A DNA stretch of 64,000 nt from Chrysemys picta bellii (taxonomy: Eukaryota). Within the stretch, counting starts at the first letter, position 1; each line of letters starts with the position of its first letter. Below the pieces are notes generated by a model. That model saw nothing but the letters and a program-made list of their open reading frames with translations. It was not told where the DNA came from and searched no databases. Made by a program: the position numbers and the translations under genes. This document shows positions 1-11,939 of this stretch, piece after piece. The stretch covers positions 197,346,001-197,410,000 of the forward strand of contig NC_088793.1 in assembly GCF_011386835.1 (NCBI RefSeq). The letters run 5' to 3'.

Positions 1-120
1 GGCACGTGACCCGAGTGGCCCACTGACAGCCCGATGGGGGCGGGGCGGGGCGGCTCCCCTTCACCGAGGCTGCCGGCGGTTGAGCGGTTCCGGGTGCGCG
101 CGAGGCGGTGACCGCGGCGG
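1..120 (+). promoter_or_regulatory. TASP1: CpG-island promoter of TASP1 with E-box and GC boxes
   Basis: Very GC/CpG-rich. E-box CACGTG at 3-8 (GTCACGTG on the minus strand), overlapping GGGGCGGGG Sp1-type boxes at 37-50, ETS-like TTCCGGG at 88-94, no TATA box. Ends in a strong donor. Confidence 0.75.
60..120 (+). other. TASP1: TASP1 non-coding exon 1 (start approximate)
   Basis: Consensus donor GCGG|GTGAGT at 120/121 at the edge of the CpG island, upstream of the first coding exon. The TSS cannot be determined from sequence. Confidence 0.7.
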
Positions 121-799
121 GTGAGTGCCTCCCGCCCCGATTCTTCTAGCCGCGGGCCCCACCCGCCCCCTTCTCCTGCCGGGCGGGGCTCGCTTGCCTC
201 CAAGCACTGCGGCGGCACTGGGCCGCTCAGGGTGGGGAGCCGAGCGCGGGCTCGAGTCGTCCGCCGGGGTGTGGCCCTATGACATCACCACGAGACAGGG
301 GGAAGTCATCTCGCTGGTCCCCCGGGGTCATTTTGTGGTCACCACGTGGTGGTGTTCCCGTGTTGTCGTGGGGTGCGTTGCTATGGTGTCACCTGCTGAC
401 GTCACACGGGTGGTAGTGATGTCACATGGGGTAGGTTATCCTAGCCACAGAGTAGTGGTTGCTGTGCGCTGTGATGTCACTGAGGGGCCTGATCTCTCTC
501 TACGCCCAGATTGGTGCTGCCCTAACTATGGTGTGAGGTTTAGGTAGTTCTAAACTAAGGCCAAATCAGGTACTGCCAACCTGCTTGAAAAGAGTTTGCA
601 GCAACGCTTGTAACTAAATTTGCTGAGGAAACACCACCTCTGTGTGAGGGTTGTCGTAAGTTCTTGTGTATGGCCATGAAGTCTGAAGGGACCCATAGCT
701 CTAGTCTGATCTTCTGGTATATCACGGGTCCTAAAATTTCACCCCTCACCTCTGTAGTGCGCCCACTAATTTGTGTTTGGCTAAAGTACATCTTTCAGA

Positions 800-910
800 A
801 AGGCATCCAGTCTACACTTGAAGACCTCAAGTGATGAACAATCCAACTCTTCACTTTTTCTAATGGTTAATAATGCTCCCTGTTAAAAGTGTGTCTTTAT
901 TTCTAATTGT
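800..910 (-). mobile_element. Old CR1 LINE 3' fragment
   Basis: gaagacctcaagtgatgaacaatcc...aatggttaataat...ttatttctaatt resembles the antisense CR1 3' region. Confidence 0.5.
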
Positions 911-3001
911 TAACCACATATAAATATATGTTACTCTGTTACTCTGAAACCTGTCACATATAAATAGTTTCCTGTTGCTTTTGTTAGCCTCCGGTTTGGG
1001 AACAGGTTTTTCAAAAAGTGCATAATTGACTTTAGTAATATTAAATAATCTCTCATCGCATCTAAATCATGATCTAATTTTGCTCTTAATTACTCTCAAT
1101 ATAAGAGTTCTTTCTTGACTATCTTTGTGGTTATTGCTTGTTCATGCCTAATCACATTCTGCTTCAATTACTGCTACCTTCTTCTCAGTCTTCCTGATGC
1201 CTCTATTATCTTTATAGAGCCTGTTCAAAATACTGTTACTGAAAAATCTCCTTGTCATTCAGTCCATATTACCCCGTCTTTTAAATTCATTCACTAGTTT
1301 CTCTTTTCCCAGCATACCAAATTCCGACTTCATGTATTGAGTTCTAGGCCCTTCATAATTGCACTGTCTTAACTTGAGACCTTCTCTCATATTGCATTTC
1401 CTTCGATCTATCGATGTCTGTCTTGAAACTTCTGTAATTCTCCCATCTTCTTTTTTTGTCTCCTTACTTGTTGCTGGCTATGCATGGAACAGCCTCTTGT
1501 TCCCTTTTTGCCAAATGACCATTGTTTTAGTTAAAATGCCTGCAAAAACTAACTCGTAAATGTTGCATACGGGAACTGAGTTATATCTTAATAAAGAAGA
1601 CATTCTTTAATTGCGTCATCACGATATGGACATAACTTAATGTTTATTCTTCCTTACCCCATCCTTCCATGTTTGTTGCTCATTTGTCAAATGTACTTAG
1701 GTATCTATATAGCTCCCATCACTAGAGTGTTTATCACTAGATTGTAAGTTCTTACAGGCAAGTGTTATGAACAAGTCAGAAGTAGGACATAAAAGGTGGC
1801 TAGTGCAATGTGGCAGCTTAACAACAGACCTCTTAAGTTTCCCATGCAACCTGGGAGACTCCTGTTTTTGAGTGCACCCTTGTGGGGTCCCAAGCAACTG
1901 CTAGTTTCTCCCAAGTGAGGGAAGCACTCTTGGCTGTCTCTCCATGGTTAGTCTCCTTTATGCAGGATCTCTCTGGGTAGAGTGCGTCAGGACATTAGTT
2001 GGAGTTCAGCCCCCAATGTGCTTGCTGCTGTAAAGATGGCTAGAGTGGTGCACTGAGGTGGTGGGGAGATTGAAATTCATACTTAGAGGAGAGCTGGAAA
2101 AGAGAACGAAGGAATTTAGAAGGGAGAAGGGATGGGGATAGGAACTTGGGAGGGCAACTAGAACAGCTAGAATGGGAAAACTTTAAGGGGGTACATGTGG
2201 AGCTGGAGGTGGCGTTTGGGGGGAATAGCAGGGATATGACAGGTATGACAATTTGTAGATTTGATGTGGAAGTGAAGTTAAAAATTGAAAGATTTTTATG
2301 GAGATTGCACTGCCTTGTTTACAGCGTAGGACATGCAAACTGGGGCACTGTAATGCTGGTATAAAATCTACAGCCTTTCAAATCTACAGGACTGTAAATT
2401 TACAGTGTTTAAATGCATGTTGTCACATAGTTTAGGCCTAACATCTATCTACCTCTATATTATTTACAACCTGGAGAAAAATGTCCTTCAGGTTTTAATT
2501 ACTGTAACCTTGTTCTTAAAATACTGCTTTGTTCAAGTATTTTTTAAAAATATCCCTATTTATGAGGGATTCCAACAGAAATGTATGTTCTTCCTTTGAT
2601 GCTTCAGTGGGTCACCAGTACTCTCTCCAGTGCTCAGTTGCATCCATGCTTAATATTATGGTAGGGTGGATATAAAGGAATAGGTAACGGTTAGAAACTT
2701 ATTTATGGGGTAACCCATCTGCAGCCCTCCTGCTAATTGTCATTTCCCTGGAGAAGAAATATGTCATCTTATGCCATATAACATAGGGAGTATTTCTCAC
2801 AAAGGCTGTTCCGAGCAAGCAAACTGCAAGCCTGGGTATAAATGGGGCTATTCCTATGTCTGTCTATGGTGCCATTCAATTGTACTGATAAACAAAACTG
2901 TCATTGTATTTACTTCCTAAAGTTAATTAGGGATGAAATGAGTTAATATATACAGAGGCCAAAATTAAGTATACAAATCTTTTTTTTTTTTTTAAATAAA
3001 T

Positions 3002-4333
3002 TAGGGCCATCAAGCGATTAAGAAAATTAATTGCGATTTAATCGCATTGTTAAACAATAATAGAATACCATTTATTTAAATATTTTGGATGTTTTTCTAC
3101 ATTTTCAAATATATTGATTTCAATTACAACACAGAATACAAAGTGTACAGTGCTCACTTTTTATATTTATTTTGATTATAAATATTTGTGCTGTAAAAAA
3201 CAAAAGAAATTGTATTTTTCAATTCACCTCATACAAGTACTGTTATGCAATCTCTTTATCATGAGAGTTGAACTTTACAAATGTAGAATTATGTAAAAAA
3301 AAAAAAACTGCACTCAAAAACAAAACAAGGTAAAACTTTAGAGCCTACAAGTCCACTCAGTCCTACTTCTTATTCAGCCAGTCACTAAGACAAACAAGTG
3401 TGTTTACATTTGCAGGAGATAATGCCACCTGCTTCTTGTTTACAATGTTACCTGAAAGTGAGAACAGGCGTTCGCATGGGACTGTTGTAGCCGGCATCGC
3501 AGGATAATTATGTGCCAGATGTGCTAAGGATTCATATGTCCCTTCATCTTCAACTACCATGCTGATGACAGGTTCTGCTCGATAATGATCCAAAGCAGTG
3601 CAGACCGACACATGTTCACATTCATCATCTGAGTCAGATGCCACCAGCAGAAGGTTGATTTTCTTCTTTGGTGGTTCGGGTTCTGTAGTTTCCGCATCAC
3701 AGTGTTGCTCTTTTAAGACTTCTGAAAGCATGTGCCACACCTTGTCCCTCTCAGATTTTGGAAGACACTTCAGATTCTTAAACCTTGGGGCAAGTGCTGT
3801 AGCTATCTTTTAGAAATCTTACATTGGTACCTTCTTTGCGTTTTGTCAGATCTGCAGTGAAAGTGTTCTTAAAACGAACAACATGTGCTGGGTAATGAAA
3901 TACATGGCAGAATGCGGGTGTAAAAGAGCAGGAGACATAATATTCTTCCCCAAGGAGTTCAGTCAAAATTTAATTAATGCATTTTTTTTAACAAGCGTCA
4001 TCACATGGAAGCATGTCCTCTGGAATTGTGGCCGAAGCATGAAGGGACATATCAATGTTTAGCATATCTGGCACGTAAATAGCTTGCAATACCGGCTACA
4101 AAAGTGCCATTCAAACACCTGTTCTCACTTTCAGGTGACATTGTAAATAAGAAGCCGGCAGCATTATCTCCTGTAAATGTAAACAAACGTGTTTGTCTTA
4201 GTGATTGGCTGAATAAGAAGTAGGACTGAGTGGACTTGTAGGCTCTAAAGTTTTACATTGTTTTGTTTTTGAATGCAGTTATGTAACAAAAAAAAATCTA
4301 CATTTATAAGTTGTACTTTCATGATAAAGAGAT
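3002..4333. mobile_element. Non-autonomous hAT element, family A, copy 1 (one end lost)
   Basis: TIR TAGGGC.. at 3002 with ATTAATCGCG-type subterminal repeats. hAT dimerization-domain remnant on the minus strand (PATTVPCERLFSLSGNIVNKK...SPANVNTLVCL, 3363-3740) and again on the plus strand at about 4000-4225. Confidence 0.88.
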
Positions 4334-4958
4334 AAATAAAACTTCTGTATTGGTGGAAGTCTTTGGATAAGCACCTGGAATGGGAGCATGTTGAAGTGCT
4401 AATCCAGTTTTTGAAAGCAGTAGCCTTTTCTACAGGTTCAGAGAGAATATATATATTTTTTCAGTTTATTCAACCAGGTCAGTTCAATGGCTAGTTTATT
4501 CAAAGTTAAAGAAACCAGTGGCAGTTGAAAAAGCAGGAAAGCTTGTTTTCCTCTTCCACTATATGAATAAAAACTAGGTGTCAGACGATGAGATCCACCA
4601 GTTCAAAAATCCTGAAGGTCGTTGTGACCAGAAACAATCAATTAAATCCACTAGTTACAGGTAATATTTGCTTTGTTTAGTAAATCAATTAGTTTTTAAA
4701 TGCAGAACATGTTTTGATAAACTTACTTTTTTCTTATATATCCAGCATACCCAAGGTAGTTTTATTTAGCTAATAAAGGAATTAATTGTGGTTTTTGTGC
4801 ATTTTCAATTGAACTCTAATTTATCCTAATAAAGCTTGACACAAATCATGAGGAAAAATTAATCTAGTAAATAAGAAATGCATGCCACCAGTCTCTAGTG
4901 TAAAAATTAAGAATATGAAATGTGTGTTAAGCTATAGAATTGCTTAAATAAATATTAT
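4334..4958 (+). mobile_element. Second hAT family: transposase C-terminal remnant and 3' region
   Basis: Frameshifted AVAFSTGSERI...SKL...VEKAGKLVFLF at about 4390-4578, a hATC dimerization-type motif distinct from family A. Confidence 0.7.
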
Positions 4959-5535
4959 TACTCCTGGGGGAATTCTGCACCACTGCATGGATGCAGAATT
5001 CATGTCCCCCACAGATTTCTTTGCTTCCCTACAGAAAATGATGGGGAAGCAAAGGAAAGTTGAAGAGTTGCCAGCACCTCTCCCAGGCAGCACGGGCGCC
5101 TCATTTCTGTCGCCCAGAACAAGCTGGCAGAGAGGTAAATCACTGTGGGGCTGGGGATGCCCATGGGTGTAGTTTGCGGGGGCACTGGGGAAGGAAGGGG
5201 TGTGGGATAGGGTGGGGAGGGGGATGTGGGAATGAGGGGCAGGGGAAGAGGAAGGGGGATGGGATGGGGAAGAGAAAGGGATAGGAGAATGGGGGAGGGA
5301 AGCAGGAGCCCGGCCATGCGGCATCCCCTCTGCAGCAGCAGCTGGGGCTCCGCCATTAAGCAGACCCATCGAACCCCCCACCCTGATGAGCCCCACCCAC
5401 TGCACCCAGTCTGCCCCCAACAAGCCTCCTGGTTCCCCACCCCACTGAGCCCTAACCTGCTTCACCTGGAGACCCCATCCCACCAAGCTCTGCTGTCCCA
5501 GCACCCAGACCCCTCTGCTGAGCCCCCCTCCACCT
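4959..5535. mobile_element. Truncated non-autonomous DNA-transposon (MITE-like) element with G-rich then C-rich interior
   Basis: Starts TACTCCTGGGGGAATTCTGC, an end I recognise from this repeat class; the matching opposite end is not found. Confidence 0.55.
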
Positions 5536-6038
5536 GATTCTGCCATCTTTATTCACTTTAGTAGTATGTAGGCTGCAATTAGTCCCAATGTTAATATGAG
5601 CTGTATATATACATCATATTGATCTGTTATTCTTTCCACTCTTGTTCCAAAGCTACAAGTTCATCTAATTTATGTGTACAGAAATAGCCTTGTTGCATAT
5701 ACTAAATATACCCTCCCACCTTTTGAACTACCCACTGTTTTAAATTAAATTGTTTGAGAGATGTTGATCTTGATTAATGTGTACAGTGCTTTGCAGATGT
5801 AAAGCCATAAGTGTTGATTAGCTTTGATGTTCTGTGCCTGACTCCTGAAAACTACTTCCTGCTGTCAGTGGGAGCTTGTACTTCATACATTAGGTGCCTA
5901 AACAACCAGTTTAAATGTTCCATAATCATTCTGTAAGCATCAAAACTTTATTCATCTTCTGAAACTGCAAAAAGTTACCAACACTCCGTTCTTCCAAACT
6001 ACGTGAACCTAGAGATCCTGCTGTACGCTGATGACCAA

Positions 6039-6303
6039 GGCTTGGTCTACGCTTAAAATTGAGGTCAACCTAGTTACATTGCACAGGGGTGTGAAAAATC
6101 CACATCCCTGAGTGAGGTAGCTATGCTGACCTAACACCCAGCATAAACACAGCTAGGTCAATGGAAGGATGCTTCTGTCAATCTAGCTGCCATTGCTTGG
6201 GGAGGTGGTGTTGTTGCACCCATCGGAAAAATCCCTTCAGTCATTGTAGACTGGGTCTACACTATGGGATTATTCCAGCATAGCTGCTGTGCCAGTGTAA
6301 GCC
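6039..6303. mobile_element. PIF/Harbinger-type MITE (degenerate)
   Basis: GGCTTGGTCTAC...AGTGTAAGCC termini; interior like the other GTCTACAC MITEs in the window. Confidence 0.65.
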
Positions 6304-7386
6304 ATATGTACGCAATGGGGACTAACAGTGGTGGCTCCTCTTGCTCTCATGGTTTTTTAAATACCTTATTTGTATCTTTGCCTCCTGGGAATAGAAAGTT
6401 TTCATGGAATATAACTGAGGATAAAAGATGGAAAATTTTTATGATGGCATCTTTACATTACTAGTTCTTGGGAGCACTCACTTAACAGAACAGTACTGTA
6501 CATTCATCCTTTTTTGGTACCACAGTTACACTTTTTACCCTAACTTTCAGTTTACAAGTAAATTGTATTTTCTTACCTTTCTATATACTACTACTGAACT
6601 GTATGCGAGCCCTTTCATTGCATGCTACCCTAAGTAGAAACACAGGTATATTTATTTGATACACAATTTGGTATCTGTGTGTCTGTTAAGAATGCTGTAT
6701 AGATCACATATCTGATGCAACCTCAAAAAGCCAGGAAACAGTAGGTAGGCTGACAGAATATATCGTTTAGTCTTCCCTCTAGAGATGCCACATACCACAG
6801 CCAACGAATCTCAACCAAATCTCTGCCTTAGTCGGAATGCCAGTCTTCCAATATCCTCTTCCCTAAACTCCCACCAACAGAGAACAGACTCTTCTTCTGA
6901 CTCTCCTTTGCTATACAGTTCTGCGAAACCACACCCAGGTTTGTGAAAGGAGTTGCTGAAAGGGTGCCACAACACTTTCATGGCTGACTTAAGGCTATGG
7001 TGTATGGTGGCTGTGGTATTAGTGAAGTCTGGGTCGTTGGGTGAAAGAAAAGCAGGTATCCACTGTGCTTTTGAGGCATCGTCAGGCATGTTCTGTAGCT
7101 TAGATGGGCTAGAAAAATTGTGAGACTCAAAGTAAACATAGAGCCTCCTTCTAACTAATTTTTAATCTTAAATTTATGTAAATACCTGGAAAAGTCCATT
7201 TTTACTCACGTTATGAGCTGTAAAATGGAAGATGCAAAACTCAATCCCTGCTTAAGTGGAAAAAACAGCCTAATGTAACATGGATCTTCTGCTGTTTTTC
7301 ATAAAATGCTTTTTGCATAAATTTGCCTGAACTGTGTTCAGTGGGGGGAAAAAATTACATAACGTTTACATATGGTTTTACCTTAG

Positions 7387-7466
7387 GGTGAGTCCTCTCC
7401 AGAGTTTACTTTTGGATGAAAGCATGCTCTCTTTCCAGTAGAAGATGGTGACCCTGGAGTATCATC
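7387..7466 (+). other. TASP1: TASP1 exon 2, 5' UTR portion
   Basis: Acceptor ttttaccttAG at 7385-7386. The length fits the mammalian exon 2 UTR as I recall it. Alternative acceptors at 7402, 7438 and 7441 are possible. Confidence 0.65.
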
Positions 7467-7605
7467 ATGGAGAAGGGGATGAGTTCAGTAGAAGTGTTAC
7501 CTTCCAAATCATCCCAGGTTACAGCTGTAAAGGTGATGGTGAAGGAGCATGAAACAAAATCGATCCAAAAAGGAAAACCAGTGGGATTTGTGCTTGTACA
7601 TGCAG
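7467..7605 (+). CDS. TASP1: Taspase 1 exon 2 (first coding): MEKGMSSVEVLPSKSSQVTAVKVMVKEHETKSIQKGKPVGFVLVHA(G)
   Basis: ATG in strong context (ATCATGG); matches the taspase 1 N-terminus MEKGMSS...GFVLVHAG; donor G|gtaag, phase 1. Confidence 0.95.
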
Positions 7606-8219
7606 GTAAGATTCCAGAAGTTGAGAACTGAGGCGGTTTTTTAAAATTTGTAATAAAATCCTAAGTGAGTTATGTAAACCTCTGTGGCTGTTTCTGCTGT
7701 GAGTGAGAGTTCTAATGCTAACATGATGGCCTGGATTGTCCTCCAGGATTCATGTGCACAGAACTGTGAAAGGAAGAGTGTGTGCCATCTGTGTCAGATT
7801 TTAATGTATGCCTCAAGAAGGTTCTAAGCCAGGGTGTCTACTACCTTTTAAAATTTGGAGTTGGCAGGCTAGCTCTAGATCTTGTGGATCCTGAAATCAG
7901 TTCGGGAATCTCAGACCTCAGTAACCCACCTATTTTGGATACCTGAGTGGTGGTTTTGCAGATGGTCGGGCTGCATGAAGCTGAGTTGTTTTCTCAGGAT
8001 TAGGGTGGGGGACTAGAGTGTCAAGCTAGTCTCTGAGGGGTAATGATGGAGCGGAATTAAAACATGGCCCATCTCCCTATATGGAAAGCTATGAGCACTG
8101 TAATTGAAGAAGAGAGCTTCAATTATAACCCTTCCTTTTTACTGGGTGCTTAAAATTTAAATTCCTTTTTGGCCTGACTTCCCATGTTTGTTTTTGGTAC
8201 AAGAGAGAACTCTTTAGTG

Positions 8220-9029
8220 TAGGGTTACCATACATCCGGATTTTCCCGGACATGTCCAGCTTTTTGGTCCTCAAATCCCCCGGGGGGAAATTCCAAAAAG
8301 CTGGACATGTCCGGGAAAATAGGGAGGGGTCGTGGGGCTTGGATCTGGGCTGGAGCCACTGGGGCCGGGGCCGGAGCCGCTGGGGCCGGCGGTGCTCGCC
8401 CGGGGCCGAGGCTGGTACTGGGGCCCATGCCAGATGGGCCGGTGCCCCGGGGCCCGATCCGAGCTGGAGTCCCCTGGGCCGGAGTCGCTTGGCCGGTGCC
8501 CCGGGGCCGGAGCTGGAGCCGAGCTGGGGCGGCTGAGGCCAGGGCAGGGCGGAGCCGCTCACCCGGAGCCAGCGCGCTCGGCCGGAACCAGGGCCGGAGC
8601 TGCTGGGGTCGGAGCCACTCGGCCGGTGCCCGGGGCCCGAGCCGAGCTGGAACCGCTCAGCTGGGGCCAGTGCGCTCGGACGGAATCAGGGCCGGGGCCC
8701 GAGCCGAGCTGGAGCCGCTGGGGCGGGCTGGGGCTGGCGCCCCAGGGCCTGAGCCGGGCCAGAGCCACCGGAGCCGCTTGGCTGGGGGGCCGGACTGGGC
8801 TGCGCCACCTTGTGCCCTCCCGCCCCCCCCCGCTTACCTGCTGCCTGCTTGTTTCAGGCTTCCCGTGAACATTTGATTCACGGGAAGCAGGGGAGAGGGA
8901 GGAGTGGGGGGCGGAGCGTTCAGGGGAGGGGGCGGGTACTTTGGGAAAGGGGCGGAGTTGGGGTGAGGGCGGGGAAGGGGCGGAGTTGGGAGTCTCCTCT
9001 TTTTGTTATTTTAAAATATGGTAACCCTA
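8220..9029. mobile_element. hAT MITE, 810 bp, young, with GC-rich internal tandem repeats
   Basis: TIRs TAGGGTTACCATA / TATGGTAACCCTA; perfect 8-bp TSD CTTTAGTG (8212-8219, 9030-9037); CpGs largely intact. Confidence 0.95.
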
Positions 9030-10439
9030 CTTTAGTGCCTTTTTGCTAAGCTTGAACAAAAGCTATTTAGTTACTCTTAAAAATGTGCAAATGTGGAACA
9101 TATCAGTACTTCTGGCTCAGTCAGTTTCCTTCTTTCCTACATGTTTGCTGAATTTAAGTTAAGGTGGGTTTGGGATAGTCAAAGGTGGAAGGAGCATTTC
9201 CCATTCTTCTGTCATCCAGCATGCAGAGGAGTTCAGGTCGGTTTATTGGCACTTATCCATGCTATGAGATGAGATAACTGCAATTTAACAACCCATACAT
9301 GTAGGGCTGGCATTGGGCTGTGGGAAAGAGCTACATGACTTGTCTTGTACACAGAGTTTCTACCATGCTTTGTCAGCACTACTCAATTGATGGATTGGAA
9401 AGGGAGCATCAGATGGGTCATATCATGTTGTCTGAGAGATCAGCTAAATTATGGGACTGTTAGAACCCTATGGATATTCAGGCAGTGGAGAAAGGGAGAA
9501 GTTTGCTCCTTGTTCCTCTCTCTTTACCTTGTTGCTGCTGTGATTCCTGCTTTCAATCCTGTTGTGCATCTTCCTGCCCATCACCCAGTTACAAAGCAGC
9601 ACCTTTTTCCCATCACATGCACAGTACTCTGATCCAGGCTGGAAAGGCAATGCTTGAAGGGGCTGTGTATTCAGCTTCACAGACTCTTGCAGCTGTGCTG
9701 CCTCAGAACTGAGCACTGTGCAGTTCACGCGTGGTGTCCTCCACAATAGCACCAGTCCCTTCAGCCAACTGCCCTTACAGCACCCAGAAACTTCTTACTG
9801 TTTCTTCTGTGACCCTAATCCCACAATGCTTTGTGGCTACAAGAGATGATAGAATATGTTGGATAATGGGATGACTCTTTGGGTCACAGCATAAATGCCT
9901 TAACTGTTTTGCTACCTGATCACATGGTGGTATGCTCTCTCAAGCACAAGTGTTGTGAAAAAATAGGCTAAATGGTGATCCCATCATGCTGTCTAGGTGA
10001 AAACTTTTTTAGCACGGTTTGACATCCTGACTGATTGTTTTGGTTAATGCTTTATTCTTGTGTTGTGGGGATAAGGGATACATTTTCCTGAATTTGTGGG
10101 TCCGATTTAATAAAAGAAAGGAAGTGAGCTGGAGATGTGTGAAGGGAAAAGGAGCACTTTAGGGTGTTAGGCCTGAGGAAACACTAGATTTTATGTACAC
10201 CAAGATTTTTCAGACTTGTAAATTATCTACGTTTGCAGTTATACCAGGTGTCCCTTCCACCTCCAATGATGCTGCACCCATTGGGAAATTAAGGTTCAAA
10301 AAATTTCTAATATAGTTAATGTTCTAGAGAAAATAATACTGTACATTTAGTTCCTTGATACTACAAGGAATCTTGTTAAATATAGTGGCAGGTTCATCTT
10401 TAGCATTTGTTTCTGGACCATAGTGTGAAGTGAATTAAT

Positions 10440-10552
10440 TGTATTACCATAGCTCCTAGTAGCCCCAGTTAGGAACCAGGACCCCATTATAATAGGCACC
10501 ATAGAAACATGGAACAAAGACTTATCTTGCCCCAAAGAGCCTGCAGTCTTAC
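10440..10552 (-). mobile_element. MIR-like / L2-tail SINE fragment
   Basis: caggaccccatt...aggcac...aacaaagac...tgcccaaagagc...cagtct, typical of L2-tail SINEs. Confidence 0.5.
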
Positions 10553-10688
10553 AACTGCAGCTGATTAAAGCAGCCTGGTGATACTTAAAACGCTCGAGGA
10601 GCTAAAAATAGCAATGTTTTTTTTTTTTTTTAAACGAATAAGACCTTTAAGGTGAGCAAATATATGCAGGACACCTTGCTCTGAGTCA

Positions 10689-10974
10689 GGGCAGGTCTTT
10701 ACTACGGGGGGGGAATGGGGGGGCGGAGGTCGATTTAAGATACGCAAATAGCGTAGCTGAATTCGACGTATCGCAGCCGACTTACCCCGCTGTAAGGACG
10801 GTGGCAAAATCGACCTCCGCGGCTTCCCGTCGACGGCGCTTACTCCCACCTCCGCTGGTGGAGTAAGAGCGTCGATTTGGGGATCGATTGTCGCATCCCA
10901 ATGAGACGCAATAATTCGATCCCCGAGAGGTCGATTTCTACCCGCCGATTCAGGCGGGTAGTGTAGACCTAGCC
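10689..10974. mobile_element. PIF/Harbinger MITE
   Basis: Termini GGGCAGGTCTTTACTAC / GTAGTGTAGACCTAGCC; flanks tca / tta (TWA-type); CpG-rich. Confidence 0.85.
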
Positions 10975-11939
10975 TTAGTGTTTAAAGACCCTGCTTGTAC
11001 TGTTTTAAGAATAAATGGACATGTTTAATATGCTGCTGCTTATGGTATATTTCCTCCACTATTGGTGTTAGTTTCATTTCTGGTAAACTAAACTGATTGT
11101 TTAAAAGAAGCTTAAGCACAGACAGCACTGAAGATGAGGAAGAGGGAGCTGGGATGAATATCACAAGTAACAAAAGAAAAAAAAAAAAGGCAGTTTGCTA
11201 GTATTAAATGTTAAATTACTATAAGCCTATGGGGTCCGTTGCTGATAGTACTTGTAGTGGTTTTCTAGACCTGTGGCGGCAGAAAGGAGTGGCAAAAGGT
11301 TAGGGTATGGGCAGAGAGGTGCTTGGAGTCAGTTTGGGGAGGCAAGGAACAGGAACAAAACAGAGATTGAAAATGACAGTAGTAGAGACATATTTCATGT
11401 AATCTTTCTCAAGAAACTGTGTCTGGCAGTCACAGAGCAGAAGCAGTAGTTTTAAAAAAAAGCTAGTGCAGGTATCAAAGTGGAAGGAGGGCCAACTCAT
11501 GTGATCGAACTTACAAAAGAAAAAGTGGAGCATGACTCTTAAAACCATAGCAATATTTTTTTTGGTGGCTTAATATAGTGACAACTGTCATGTCTGAAAC
11601 TCTCCAGGAATAGGCAAAACTAGAATCTCCCAGTGAATATTTTGAGAGTCAGAATATCTATGTAAAATATGGGGACTTGTACCTCTCCACTTATATCAAT
11701 AGTGTAGATGACTGTCAGTGGCAATACTGGATTAATTTTGAAATGCTTGAAAGTGTTAATCTGTGATGGAAGTAGATCAGTAGTCTCTGTTTTATAAAAT
11801 GACATAGTTATGTACATCTGAGTTAAGATGCGGTTGTCAGCCTGTATTGTAATTCCTGGTGAAAACACTATCCCAATATATTAGTTTGAATGCTTACTGT
11901 AAACTCTACTTAACTTTGTTTTTCTGTCTTTAATAATAG

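Noticed and set aside
125-547. 140-aa ORF in the CpG island
   Set aside because: Starts at GTG within the exon 1 donor and lies in intron 1; a GC-rich stop-poor artefact with no recognisable domain.
3363-3740. ZBED1-like 125-aa ORF as a domesticated gene
   Set aside because: Only the C-terminal fragment with decayed motifs, inside a TIR-bounded multi-copy element; treated as a TE remnant.
4944-5546. 200-aa and 146-aa Pro/Gly-rich ORFs
   Set aside because: G/C-skewed MITE interior; no domain or splice support.
8119-8876. Overlapping Gly/Ala/Pro-rich ORFs on both strands
   Set aside because: Translations of the MITE's GC minisatellite; open in many frames, which indicates low complexity rather than coding.
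9130-9950. Possible Harbinger autonomous-element remnant
   Set aside because: Only impressionistic nucleotide similarity; no TIR, TSD or protein motif that I can verify.
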